Assembly: GCA_900543845.1 (NCBI GenBank) | Contig: UQTD01000002.1 | Span: forward strand, 7,284-71,283 | Length of the DNA: 64,000 bases | Origin: an uncultured Collinsella sp. | GTDB taxonomy: Bacteria; Actinomycetota; Coriobacteriia; Coriobacteriales; Coriobacteriaceae | Reading direction: 5' to 3' | Shown: positions 26,061 to 35,798 of the stretch, one piece after another | How the letters are laid out: each line of letters opens with the position of its first letter | Position numbering within the stretch: the first letter of the stretch is position 1 | Made by a program: the position numbers and the translations under genes | The notes under the pieces: model-generated | Told to the model about the DNA's origin: nothing | The model's database searches: none | Seen by the model: the letters and a program-made list of their open reading frames with translations, nothing else

Positions 26061-27011
26061 TTAGCAGGAGAAATCAACGCTGTCGATGATGTCCTTGAGG
26101 GCCTTGGCGGAGACGGTGAGCTCATGCTGCTCGTCATCGTTCAGCGGCACGGGGACGCGGCAGACAACGCCGTCGCGGCCAACGACGGTCGGCATGGAGA
26201 TGGCAAGATCGGACAGGCCATACTCGCCCACCATGAGCGAGGAGACAGGCAGAACGGTCTGCTCATCGCGCATGACGGCGGTGCAGATGCGCTTGACGGC
26301 CATGGCGACGCCATAGTAGGTGGCGTGCTTTTTCTCGATGATGGTGTAGGCGGAGTTCTTGACGTCCTCGGCAATGCGCTTCTCGGCAGCCTCATGCTCC
26401 AGGTGGCCGTGAAGCTCACAGAAGGTGTTCAGCGGAACGCCGGCAACCTGAGCGCTGGACCAAGCGACAAACTCGGAGTCGCCGTGCTCGCCCATGACAT
26501 AGGCCTGGACATCGCGCGGGTCAACCTCGACGTGGGCACCAAGCATCTGCTGCAGGCGGCCGGTGTCGAGCACAGTGCCGGAACCGATGACGTGGCCCTC
26601 GGGCAGGCCGGACATCTTGATGGCGGCGTAGGTCAGAACATCGACCGGGTTGGAGACGATGAGCAGAATGCCGTCGAAGCCGGACTTCTTAATCTCGGGA
26701 ATAATGGACTTAAAGATGCTGACGTTCTTGTTGACCAGGTCCAGGCGGGTCTCACCGGGCTTCTGGGCAGCGCCAGCGGTGACGACGATCATGGCGGCGT
26801 CGGCGACATCGGAATAATCGCCGGCGTAGATCTTCATCGGCTCGGCAAACGTCATGCCGTGCGCGATATCCAGGGCCTCACCCTCAGCGCGGTTCTTGTC
26901 CACGTCGATGAGGACCATTTCGGAGAACAGACCGCTCTGCATCAGTGCGAACGCCGAAGACGAACCGACGAAACCGCAGCCGACAATAGCGACCTTCTTC
27001 TCGTTAACCAT
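26061..27011 (-). CDS. ldh: L-lactate dehydrogenase
   Basis: N-terminal KVAIVGCGFVGSSSAFAL..MVLIDV and catalytic region ..GEHGDSEF.. match LDH. The ATG at 27011 has a GGGAG RBS. Confidence 0.85.
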   Translation of the reverse strand: MVNEKKVAIVGCGFVGSSSAFALMQSGLFSEMVLIDVDKNRAEGEALDIAHGMTFAEPMKIYAGDYSDVADAAMIVVTAGAAQKPGETRLDLVNKNVSIFKSIIPEIKKSGFDGILLIVSNPVDVLTYAAIKMSGLPEGHVIGSGTVLDTGRLQQMLGAHVEVDPRDVQAYVMGEHGDSEFVAWSSAQVAGVPLNTFCELHGHLEHEAAEKRIAEDVKNSAYTIIEKKHATYYGVAMAVKRICTAVMRDEQTVLPVSSLMVGEYGLSDLAISMPTVVGRDGVVCRVPVPLNDDEQHELTVSAKALKDIIDSVDFSC

Positions 27012-27212
27012 TAGAAACTCCCATCTCTCTCCACAAACAAGCCGCCCGGGAACGACCCGAGCGGCTTGTCGTAATCCCAATACATCCAATCGGGACTTTG
27101 ATTATGCTCCTATTCGCAGCCAAAAATCGACCGTTTACCGAAATTGTTTGCAGGATTCGTAAAATAACTGCACGAAATCGGTTTCGAGCTATTGACGAGC
27201 CGAAATAGCCAT

Positions 27213-28376
27213 CTAATACAGGCCCGCCTCGCGAATGGCCTCGACAGCCAAAGCGATCTGGTCGGGCGGCAAGACCAGCGCCATGCGCACGTGCCCCTCA
27301 CCCGAAGGACCAAAGCTCGCGCCCGGCGTCACCACAACGCCGGCCTTCTCCATGAGCTCCTCGCAAAACGCCATGGAATCGGTGCGACCACCGGGAAGCT
27401 TGGCCCACACAAACATAGAGCCATGCGCGTTGGGACGCTCCCAGCCCAGGCCCTCAAGACCGTCGCACAGGGCATCACGGCGCTCCTGGTACTTCAGACG
27501 CTGCGCCTCGACCTCATCGCGCGGACCGTTCAGGCAGGCGATAGCAGCCTTCTGGATCGGGAAGAACATGCCAAAGTCGATCTGACTGCGCAGCTTGGCA
27601 AAGGCCGAGACCACATCCTCGCGACCGACCAAAAAGCCGATGCGGGCACCGGTGACGTTAAACGACTTGGAGAGCGAGAAGAACTCAACGCCCACCTCGA
27701 GCGCACCGGGATACTGCAAGAAGCTGCCGCCCGGCTCGCCGTCGAACACGATGTCAGAGTATGCGTTGTCGTGAACGATCAGCAGGTCGTGCTCGCGGGC
27801 AAAAGCGATGATCTCCTCGTAGATCTCGGGCGTGCCCACCGAGCCCACCGGGTTGGCGGGCAGCGACACGATCATGTACTTGGCACGATCGGCCACCTCG
27901 GGATCGATGCCCGCCACATAGGGCAGGTAATTGTGCTCGGCAACCAGCGGATAGTACTCGAGTTTAGCATCGGCGATCTTGGCACCCGCCTCAAAGACCG
28001 GGTAGCACGGATCGGGAACCAGAATGGTGTCGCCCGGATCGAGCAGGGCCAGGCCCAAATGACCCACGCCCTCCTGCGTGCCGTTGCACGACTGCACCAT
28101 GGACGGCGTAATACCCGAAACGCCAAAGCGACGCTCATAGTAATCGCACACGGCCTGCTTGAGTTCGGGCAGGTCGCGCAGGGCATACTTCCACATCTCG
28201 GGATCTTGGGCTGCTTGCGTGAGCGCCTCGACCACATGGTCGTACGGCTTAAAGTCGGGCGTGCCCACACTCATGTTGTAAATGGTCTTGCCCTGAGCCT
28301 TCAGCGCGAGAAGCTTGTTGTTGAGCGAGGCGAAGACCTCCGCGCCAAAGCGGTCGAGACGCTGCGATGCCTGCAT
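27213..28376 (-). CDS. Class I/II pyridoxal-phosphate-dependent aminotransferase
   Basis: The PLP lysine lies in the context FSLSKSFNVTGARIGF. It is ~387 aa. The ATG at 28376 has an AAAGGTGG RBS. Confidence 0.7.
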   Translation of the reverse strand: MQASQRLDRFGAEVFASLNNKLLALKAQGKTIYNMSVGTPDFKPYDHVVEALTQAAQDPEMWKYALRDLPELKQAVCDYYERRFGVSGITPSMVQSCNGTQEGVGHLGLALLDPGDTILVPDPCYPVFEAGAKIADAKLEYYPLVAEHNYLPYVAGIDPEVADRAKYMIVSLPANPVGSVGTPEIYEEIIAFAREHDLLIVHDNAYSDIVFDGEPGGSFLQYPGALEVGVEFFSLSKSFNVTGARIGFLVGREDVVSAFAKLRSQIDFGMFFPIQKAAIACLNGPRDEVEAQRLKYQERRDALCDGLEGLGWERPNAHGSMFVWAKLPGGRTDSMAFCEELMEKAGVVVTPGASFGPSGEGHVRMALVLPPDQIALAVEAIREAGLY

Positions 28377-28494
28377 GGTGCCACCTTTCGATATAAAAAA
28401 CGCGGCGCTCCGACAAGAGCGCCGCGCGATACGGGCCATCAGATTTCAAAAGTGTAACGCTTGCAACCCCCGTATTGGTTCAATTTAGCCAACC

Positions 28495-30483
28495 TTAGTC
28501 AATTGGATTGAGCGCGTCGATCTGCGCAAGCCACAGACGCGAGCTGGCGTCACTCGGCATACGCCAATCGCCGCGCGGGCTGAGCGTCACCGAGCCCACC
28601 TTGGGGCCATCGGGCAGGCAGCTGCGCTTAAACTGCTGGGCAAAGAAGCGACGGTAGAACGTACGCAGCCACGTGTGGACGGTCTTGGCGTCGTAGACGC
28701 CCTCGAAACTCTTGAGCGCCATGCGGTAGATCTTGCCCGGCTCAAAGCCAAAACGCAGCAGGTAGTAGAGGAAGTAGTCGTGTAACTCGTACGGGCCCAC
28801 CAAATCCTCAGTCTTCTGCGCAATCTCGCCGTCACCCGTGGGCGGCAGAAGCTCGGGGGACACCGGCGTATCGAGGATGTCGAGCAGTGTCTCGGCAATA
28901 CGCCCGCCAAAGACATCGGCGGCATAACGCACCAGATGACGCACGAGCGTCTTGGGCACGCTCGCGTTGACGGCGTACATGCTCATGTGGTCGCCGTTAT
29001 AGGTAGCCCAACCGAGCGCCAACTCCGACAGGTCGCCCGTGCCGATGACAAAACCACCAGCCTGGTTGGCCAAATCCATCAGAATCTGCGTACGCTCGCG
29101 GGCCTGGCTGTTCTCGTAGGTCACGTCCTGCACGGCCGGATCGTGCTCAATGTCCTTGAAGTGCTGCTCCACAGCCGCATGGATCGAAACCTCGCGGAAG
29201 CTCACACTCAGGTCGCGAGCGAGCGACTCGGCGTTCGACTTGGTGCGATGCGTCGTGCCAAAGCCGGGCATGGACACGGCTGTGATACCGGTGCGCGGCA
29301 GCCCCAGCGCATCGAAGGCACGCACGGTCACAAGCAGTGCCAGCGTGGAGTCCAAGCCACCCGAAAGGCCGATGACCGCAGCCTTGGTACCTGTGTGGGC
29401 AAGGCGGGTCTTGAGGCCCGCAGTCTGCAGATCGAGGATCGTCTCGCAGCGCTCGGCCAAGTCGCCATGGTCGGCCGGCACAAAGGGCGCGCGGGGGAAA
29501 ACGCGGTCGATATCGCAGGCATCGCGCAGGACGGGAGCCTCGGAGAGCGTGCCCTCAAAAGAGAACTCAACAGTCGTGGCCTCCGGCGCATCGTCCGCGC
29601 GCGTCCACGTCGTCGAGCGACGGCGCTCGGCAACCAGACGGTCGAGGTCAACATCGGCAACCGCCATATCGCAGGTAAGCAGTTTAGTGGCGGCGAGCTT
29701 GGAGCCGTTTTCGTAGATAAGGTTCTCGCCCGCAAAGACCATGTCGGTCGTGGACTCGCCCTCGCTCGCGTCCGCATAGGCATAGGCGCAGTACAGGCGT
29801 GCGCTCTGGTTAGAGATGAGGCTGCGGCGGTAATCCGCCTTACCGATAATCTCGTCCGAGGCCGACGGGTTGAGAATCACCGTCGCACCGGCAAGCGCCA
29901 TCTCGGTCGAAGGGGGCGCCGGCACCCACAGGTCCTCACAAACCTCAACGCCCAACACCAGGTCCTCGGCGCCCTCATCACAGCAGCGGTAGACAAGCCC
30001 CGAACCCAGCGGAACCGGACCCTGACCGGCGAACTCGACCCACACAGGATCTGCGGGCGCCGGAGCAAACCAGCGGCGCTCGTAGAACTCGCCATAGTTG
30101 GGCAGATACTTCTTGGCCGTGAGGCCCAAAAGCTCGCCCGCGCAGCACACGGCGGCGCAGTTGTAGATATTCTCGGCAACCGCAACGGGAAGACCGATGG
30201 TAAAGACAATCGACAGCTCACGAGTCTCATCGAGGATATGCACCAGAGCAGCCTCGCAGGCATGCAGCAGCGTGCGATTATGGAACAGGTCGGCCGCGGT
30301 ATAGCCGCACAAGTTGAGCTCGGGCAGCACCAGCGCGCGAACGCCGCGCTCGGCAGCCTCGCGAACAGCTGCCAGCGCAACCTCGGCATTGCCCTCGACA
30401 TCGGCCACGCGAATCCGCGGCGAAGCCGCCGCCACACGCAAAAAGCCATCGTTCTCAACTTGACCGTTTAGAAAATCGTTCAT
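28495..30483 (-). CDS. nadE: Glutamine-dependent NAD+ synthetase (nitrilase-like glutaminase domain plus NadE PP-loop domain)
   Basis: N-terminal CN-hydrolase fold and C-terminal SGGLDST PP-loop motif. ~660 aa. Confidence 0.85.
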   Translation of the reverse strand: MNDFLNGQVENDGFLRVAAASPRIRVADVEGNAEVALAAVREAAERGVRALVLPELNLCGYTAADLFHNRTLLHACEAALVHILDETRELSIVFTIGLPVAVAENIYNCAAVCCAGELLGLTAKKYLPNYGEFYERRWFAPAPADPVWVEFAGQGPVPLGSGLVYRCCDEGAEDLVLGVEVCEDLWVPAPPSTEMALAGATVILNPSASDEIIGKADYRRSLISNQSARLYCAYAYADASEGESTTDMVFAGENLIYENGSKLAATKLLTCDMAVADVDLDRLVAERRRSTTWTRADDAPEATTVEFSFEGTLSEAPVLRDACDIDRVFPRAPFVPADHGDLAERCETILDLQTAGLKTRLAHTGTKAAVIGLSGGLDSTLALLVTVRAFDALGLPRTGITAVSMPGFGTTHRTKSNAESLARDLSVSFREVSIHAAVEQHFKDIEHDPAVQDVTYENSQARERTQILMDLANQAGGFVIGTGDLSELALGWATYNGDHMSMYAVNASVPKTLVRHLVRYAADVFGGRIAETLLDILDTPVSPELLPPTGDGEIAQKTEDLVGPYELHDYFLYYLLRFGFEPGKIYRMALKSFEGVYDAKTVHTWLRTFYRRFFAQQFKRSCLPDGPKVGSVTLSPRGDWRMPSDASSRLWLAQIDALNPID

Positions 30484-30617
30484 ACAAGCTCCAACACATC
30501 CGTTTAGCCGCAACGAGCAGCGGCAATAAAGTCCGCCTCCATTGTACTGTCAAGTTCAATCAGCGCTGATGGGGCAGTCTCATGATTAAAAATGAAAAAG
30601 AGAAGTCAGAATGGCGT

Positions 30618-30902
30618 TTAGCAGTAGAACGAGATCTCGTCCACAAGGAAAAAAGCCTTCCATTTAGAACAAATCAATTCATGCTGAGCGGCGATAATTT
30701 CACAGAGGTCGTCAAGCGTGCTCTGGGGGATCTTCGCTTTGTTATTAGCGACAATGCAACCTCCCCTGCGAGTCAGCCAGATTTTGGCCGAGTTATTTGA
30801 AGGCGCTCCCTTGCAAACATGAACATGGATTGGCTCGCCCGCTTCGTTAGACCAAAAGAAGACCCTGTAGCCGCCAATAAGAAATAGGCTAGGCAACTTT
30901 AG
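30618..30902 (-). CDS. DUF4160 domain protein
   Basis: ..LPSLFLIGGYRVFFWSNEAGEPIHVHV.. matches the DUF4160 N-terminal signature. The start is uncertain (non-ATG) and it overlaps the upstream DUF2442 gene. Confidence 0.45.
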   Translation of the reverse strand, partial: LKLPSLFLIGGYRVFFWSNEAGEPIHVHVCKGAPSNNSAKIWLTRRGGCIVANNKAKIPQSTLDDLCEIIAAQHELICSKWKAFFLVDEISFYC

Positions 30903-31200
30903 CTCCTCCGTTTGCGGCGTAGCGATACAGCAGGTGAGCATTATTGCTCAGAAAAGTCTCAAATCCTCGCTTCTCCTCGTCGGTGAAATGCCCCTCCCAC
31001 ATAGTCCAATTGTAAGAAGGCAACTCACAGCGAGCGGAGTCGAAGCCCTCTGCCGTCGGTCGTTCAAAATGCACGACAACCTTTTCGATATCCCCATCTG
31101 CAATCAGGTCAGAATGAACGACCTCGGTACCGTCTTCGAATGTCATATACGGGTACATCACGTAAACCACCTCGCAATCGTAAATCCAGTTTAGCATCAA
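30889..31200 (-). CDS. DUF2442 domain protein (partner of DUF4160)
   Basis: 103 aa small soluble protein directly upstream of, and overlapping, the DUF4160 gene. This is a recurrent two-gene pairing. Confidence 0.45.
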   Translation of the reverse strand: MMLNWIYDCEVVYVMYPYMTFEDGTEVVHSDLIADGDIEKVVVHFERPTAEGFDSARCELPSYNWTMWEGHFTDEEKRGFETFLSNNAHLLYRYAANGGAKVA

Positions 31201-31333
31201 GCTATTGCACCAAAGACAGCAAGCCCCCCTTGATGAGTTGATGGTATCTGTTAAATGTCACGTACGATTCACATCTGGTGGGTACCCTGATGGCTACACG
31301 AAACGAAGCAGATTTACACCGGGAGGACCCCGT

Positions 31334-32278
31334 ATGACAACCAGGTACACCGACGCGCCGCGCACGCGCGTCATGACGCCGGCGTCGCTCAACAACGGCG
31401 TGCACGAGAACCATTCCATCGGACAGACCATGGCCATCGCGCCCAAAAAAGGCCTGTTCGACGATATTTCCATTCCCCAGATCGTCGCCGGCGCCGCAGC
31501 TGCCGCCACGAGCGTCGCGCTTGCCTCCAAGATCGGTATCGCCGGATCGGTGATCGGCGCCGCCGTGAGCTCGGTTATCACCGTTGTGTCCTCGCAGGTC
31601 TACCGCCACTTTATCTCTGCCAGCGCCGAAGCCATCAAAGGTACGCACGCCGCCGTCGACTACCCCGCCGGTGCCTATGAGCCCGTTGAATTTAATGCCG
31701 AGGAGCACCTGGGCGGCGCCGCGACTACGCAGGAGATGCGCCAGATTGCGGGGCGCGCGACCACGGCGCGCGTCGCTCCCGACAGCCTGCGCGCCAAGGC
31801 GGCGGCAGAGCGCAGCCAGACGCAAAAGAAGGTCATCGTCTTCTCAATCGCCATCGCCATCGTCGCGGTCATCGCCTGCGCCGGCGCCATCCTTATCACC
31901 ACCGCCGGTGAGGGTCTGGGCGAGCGTCCCGAGCCAATCCTTTCGTCCCGTACGACCGAGCACGACGCGGATAGCTCCGGCCAATCGCAAAGCCAGCAGG
32001 ACGACCCGCAGGGCACCTCCGCATCCACCGACTCGTCCTCGAACACCCCCGATCAATCGCAGGGCGCCGATTCCTCTACGAACAGCAGCGACACGCAATC
32101 CGGCACGACCGACTCAAGCCAAACGACCGACGGCTCTCAGCCGAGCACGGGCGACCAGACGAGCGGCAATACATCGGGCACGGAATCTACCGACAGCAGC
32201 AATACCAACAGCTCGAGCGGCACCGCGTCCGGCACGGCATCTGACAGCTCAAGCCAGGGCACGACGTCGGGCAACTAA
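31334..32278 (+). CDS. Membrane protein with a Ser/Thr-rich low-complexity C-terminal region
   Basis: RBS GGGAGG precedes ATG 31334. Two hydrophobic segments are followed by a ~110-aa S/T/D/Q-rich tail. Confidence 0.4.
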   Translation: MTTRYTDAPRTRVMTPASLNNGVHENHSIGQTMAIAPKKGLFDDISIPQIVAGAAAAATSVALASKIGIAGSVIGAAVSSVITVVSSQVYRHFISASAEAIKGTHAAVDYPAGAYEPVEFNAEEHLGGAATTQEMRQIAGRATTARVAPDSLRAKAAAERSQTQKKVIVFSIAIAIVAVIACAGAILITTAGEGLGERPEPILSSRTTEHDADSSGQSQSQQDDPQGTSASTDSSSNTPDQSQGADSSTNSSDTQSGTTDSSQTTDGSQPSTGDQTSGNTSGTESTDSSNTNSSSGTASGTASDSSSQGTTSGN

Positions 32279-32312
32279 GTACGATTGCCTCTCATAGATA
32301 ACCGACCTGCAT

Positions 32313-32347
32313 AACGGGCGCGAACCGGCAACGGTCGCGCCCGTTTA
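32313..32347 (+). terminator. Terminator hairpin after the 31334 gene
   Basis: Perfect 11-bp stem aacgggcgcga .. tcgcgcccgtt. Confidence 0.45.
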
Positions 32348-32416
32348 CCTTGGGCGACGAGATGGCAAGCCCCGTGCGATGGTAAGATGCTTTGGTGTGT
32401 AAAGAGGAGATTTGCC

Positions 32417-33718
32417 ATGAGCAAGACAATAGTTACGCCCACGCTATCACTGGGCAACCACATCTATCTGTATCGCCTGCTGCGCGATGCGATTGGGTGC
32501 GGCAAGCAAACGTTTATGACGCAGGTCGAGGAGGCACTCGCCGCTGGTGACATGGCCGCTTATGACCTGGGCTTTGAGTCCACGCGCGAGCTGCTCGAGG
32601 AGCTCGACGACTTCATTAAGCTGACCGTCTTTAAGGGCGGTCGCCTGTATGCCACCGTCATCGCCAACGATACCTGGGATGCCGCCCTTGCCAAAGGCGA
32701 GGACAAGCCCAAGGCAGCCAAGGGAGCCAAGCAGTCCTACAAAAAGAAAAAACGCGGCGAGAAGGACCTCAAGGCCGTGCGCCCCAAGCACGTTAAGCGC
32801 GCCGAGCCCGAGCCCGTGGCCAAAGTCGCTCCGGAGCCCGAGCCCGAGATCGAAGTCGCTATTGAGGTAACAGCAGAAGCCGAAACCGAAATCGCCGCCA
32901 CGACCGATCCCAAAGTCATATCCGAGCAGGAAGCCACTGCGGAGCTCAACGAGGCTCCCAAGTCGACAGCCGAAGAAGCCGCTGACCAGCCCGAGACGTC
33001 TGCGTTCCAAAACAGCGACGTCTTTGGCGACGAAGCCGAGGACGATCAGTCCGACGAGCCCGCCGATCAAGGCGCTACTGAGTCGACGCCGGAGCCCGAG
33101 ACGCCGCAGCCCGCCATCTCGCTCACGGTCGTCTATGACCCCGAGAACGCCAATGCCGGCATAACCACCATGGCATCCACGCCCATCGACGCAAAGTCGA
33201 GCGTCGAGAACGAGAACGCGACGCAGGTTGAGGTTGAAACTGCAGCTGCAGACGCGCCCGTCACCGTGAAGCCCGCAGATTCCACGATCAAGCCGAAAAC
33301 GACGCCGGAGCCCGCACCCGTCATCGAATCCGTGCCCGCCTCTGCTTGCGACCAAATTCCCGCACCGGCACCGGCTTCGGTACCCGTAGCGGCCCCAACC
33401 CCCGCACCCGCGGCACCGACCATCCCCGAGGACTTCCCCATCGATTTCGCAACCGAAGTCTTCTGCCCCGGCCCGCTTCTGCACCAGTTGTCGACCTATC
33501 TCCCCTACGGCGCCGACACGCTCGGCATCGTCGGCGAGTACTACTGGATCGCCCGCGAGCGCGGAACCATCGAGGCCGCGCGAAACCGCGCAATCTTCCC
33601 CCTGCGCTACACGCAGGCCGGCGAGCGCCGCGAGGTTGCCGTGCGCATCCGCCGCAACACCACCGGCGGTCTCGGAGCCACCTGGGCCATCGACAAAGTC
33701 GAAGAACCCGAGCAGTAA
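32417..33718 (+). CDS. Hypothetical protein with a ~250-aa acidic/Pro-rich disordered linker between small N- and C-terminal domains
   Basis: Strong RBS AAAGAGGAG precedes ATG 32417. No recognisable catalytic motifs. Confidence 0.4.
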   Translation: MSKTIVTPTLSLGNHIYLYRLLRDAIGCGKQTFMTQVEEALAAGDMAAYDLGFESTRELLEELDDFIKLTVFKGGRLYATVIANDTWDAALAKGEDKPKAAKGAKQSYKKKKRGEKDLKAVRPKHVKRAEPEPVAKVAPEPEPEIEVAIEVTAEAETEIAATTDPKVISEQEATAELNEAPKSTAEEAADQPETSAFQNSDVFGDEAEDDQSDEPADQGATESTPEPETPQPAISLTVVYDPENANAGITTMASTPIDAKSSVENENATQVEVETAAADAPVTVKPADSTIKPKTTPEPAPVIESVPASACDQIPAPAPASVPVAAPTPAPAAPTIPEDFPIDFATEVFCPGPLLHQLSTYLPYGADTLGIVGEYYWIARERGTIEAARNRAIFPLRYTQAGERREVAVRIRRNTTGGLGATWAIDKVEEPEQ

Positions 33719-33801
33719 CGACAAACGGCTCAAATCCAAATCAGGATTTGAGCCGTTTTTATTTGTTGATGTTCCGTGACCAACAGCGAGCGGGCCGCAA
33801 G

Positions 33802-33928
33802 TGCCCCAGGTTGCCGTGAAAGAGAAGCGACGCGTACTTCGGTACGCGAGCGACGGTTTGAACGGCAAGATGGGGTGCTTGCGGCCCGCGCAGCGTCGGG
33901 CAGTTACGCGGTTTGGTAAAACCGCGTA
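33802..33928 (-). repeat. REP-like intergenic repeat, copy C (reverse orientation; includes the perfect 11-bp hairpin ttacgcggttt-ggta-aaaccgcgtaa)
   Basis: The reverse complement matches the gttcaaaccgtcgctcgcgtaccgaagtacgc core and the ggttttaccaaaccgcgtaac hairpin of copy B. It lies between convergent genes. Confidence 0.55.
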
Positions 33929-33933
33929 ACAAA

Positions 33934-35613
33934 TTAGTCACGCGTCAGCTTGCGGTGAATACGATGCGGCTGGGCTGCGTCCTCGCCAAGGCGCTCGATA
34001 CGGTTGGCCTGATAGGCCTCAAAGTTGCCCTCAAACCAATACCAGTTGCCCGGGTTCTCGTCGGTGCCCTCCCACGCCAGGATGTGCGTGGCGACGCGGT
34101 CCAGGAACATACGGTCGTGGCTAATGACCACCGAGCAGCCCGGGAACTCGAGCAGTGCCGCCTCGAGAGAGGACAGCGTCTCGACGTCGAGATCGTTCGT
34201 GGGCTCGTCGAGAAGCAGCAGGTTGCCGCCCTGCTTGAGCGTAAGCGCCAGATTCAGACGGTTGCGCTCGCCACCGGAAAGTACGCCAGCGCGCTTCTGC
34301 TGGTCCTGGCCCTTAAAGCCAAAGCTCGCCACGTACGCGCGGCTCGGAACCTCGGTCTCGCCGACCATCATGTGGTCCAGGCCATCCGAGACGACCTCCC
34401 ACAGGTTCTTGTCGGGGTCGATGCCGGAACGGTTCTGATCGACATAGGAGATCTTGACGGTCTCGCCCACCTCGAGCTCGCCCGAAGTCAGCGGCTCCAG
34501 ACCCACAATCGTCTTGAACAGCGTGGTCTTACCGACACCGTTGGGGCCGATGACGCCCACGATGCCGTTGCGCGGCAGGGTGAATGATAGGTCGTCGATG
34601 AGCACGCGGCCATCGAACTCCTTGTGCAGGTGATGAGCCTCGAGCACCTTGTTGCCCAGACGCGGGCCCACAGGGATGCGGATGTCGGTCCAGTCGAGTT
34701 TCTGGCTTGCGCGGGCCTCGGCCTCCATCTCCTCGTAGCGAGCCAGACGGGCCTTGTTCTTGGCCTGGCGAGCCTTGGGCGAGCTGCGTACCCACTCGAG
34801 CTCGGCCTCCATGCGCTTGGCGAGCTTGGCATCGCGGTTGCCCTGTGCCTCGATACGCGCGGCCTTAGTCTCCAGATACGTGGAGTAGTTGCCCTTGTAG
34901 GGATAAAGGTGGCCGCGGTCGACCTCGCAGATCCACTCGGCAACATTATCCAGGAAGTAGCGATCGTGCGTGACGGCAAGCACGGCACCCTGGTAGTTGT
35001 GCAGGAAATGCTCGAGCCACAGAATCGACTCGGCGTCCAGGTGGTTCGTGGGCTCATCGAGCAGCAGCAGGTCGGGAGCCTCGAGCAGCAGCTTGCACAG
35101 GGCCACGCGACGGCGCTCGCCGCCGGAAAGCACGTTAACCGGCATGTCGGAATCGGGCAGCTGCAGGGCGTCCATGGCCTGACCGAGCTTGGAATCGATA
35201 TCCCAGCCGTCGGCGGCGTCGATCTCGTCCTGGAGCTTGCCCATCTCGGCCATGAGGGCATCCATGTCGCAATCCGGGTCGCACATCTCCTCGCCGATCT
35301 TATTGAAGCGATCGACCTTGGCGATCATATCGCCAAACGCCATGCGCACGTTCTCGATGACGGTCTTGTCGTCATCGAGCGGCGGCTCCTGCTGCAGGAT
35401 GCCCACAGTGTAGCCGGGGGTGAGCCTGGCATCGCCGTTGGAGACCTCCTCGATGCCGGCCATGATCTTGAGCAGGGTCGACTTGCCCATGCCGTTGGGA
35501 CCCACAACGCCGATCTTGGCACCGGGGTAGAAGCTCAGGGTCACGTCGTCAAGGATCACCTTGTCGCCATGGGCCTTGCGAGCCTGATACATCTGGTAGA
35601 TAAACTCAGCCAT
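33934..35613 (-). CDS. ettA: Energy-dependent translational throttle protein EttA (ABC-F family)
   Basis: N-terminus MAEFIYQMYQARKAHGDKVILDDVTLSFYPGAKIGVVGPNGMGKSTLLK is essentially the EttA consensus. Two ABC domains, 559 aa. Confidence 0.9.
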   Translation of the reverse strand: MAEFIYQMYQARKAHGDKVILDDVTLSFYPGAKIGVVGPNGMGKSTLLKIMAGIEEVSNGDARLTPGYTVGILQQEPPLDDDKTVIENVRMAFGDMIAKVDRFNKIGEEMCDPDCDMDALMAEMGKLQDEIDAADGWDIDSKLGQAMDALQLPDSDMPVNVLSGGERRRVALCKLLLEAPDLLLLDEPTNHLDAESILWLEHFLHNYQGAVLAVTHDRYFLDNVAEWICEVDRGHLYPYKGNYSTYLETKAARIEAQGNRDAKLAKRMEAELEWVRSSPKARQAKNKARLARYEEMEAEARASQKLDWTDIRIPVGPRLGNKVLEAHHLHKEFDGRVLIDDLSFTLPRNGIVGVIGPNGVGKTTLFKTIVGLEPLTSGELEVGETVKISYVDQNRSGIDPDKNLWEVVSDGLDHMMVGETEVPSRAYVASFGFKGQDQQKRAGVLSGGERNRLNLALTLKQGGNLLLLDEPTNDLDVETLSSLEAALLEFPGCSVVISHDRMFLDRVATHILAWEGTDENPGNWYWFEGNFEAYQANRIERLGEDAAQPHRIHRKLTRD

Positions 35614-35798
35614 ATGCCTGTTTTATCCTTTCTACCTGCTGTTTTCCTATTCTTGTTTCGCTTTAGTGGAAACGAAATGAGGAAACCAGCTCTGAAACTT
35701 AACGAAAAAGGGGCATGGTTGCCCATACCCCCTAATACTACCTGGGAAAAGTTCCCCCGGAACATACTATGAACTGCGTACGCTAGTTTTCCGCAACC

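Noticed and set aside
31205-31333. N-terminal extension of the 31334 gene (track start 31205) and the similar long extensions of the surface protein (56035-56499), tcdA (36912-37073), flavodoxin (50454-50945) and the T4CP-like gene (43406-43597)
   Set aside because: Internal ATGs with strong Shine-Dalgarno sequences coincide with the starts of signal peptides or conserved N-terminal motifs. The upstream stretches are low-complexity read-through of intergenic DNA or of the neighbouring gene.
35614-35798. Possible hairpin aaaaaggggcatggttgcccatacccc in the ettA upstream region
   Set aside because: The stem is imperfect and short, with no U-tract or conserved motif. It is not convincing as a terminator or riboswitch.
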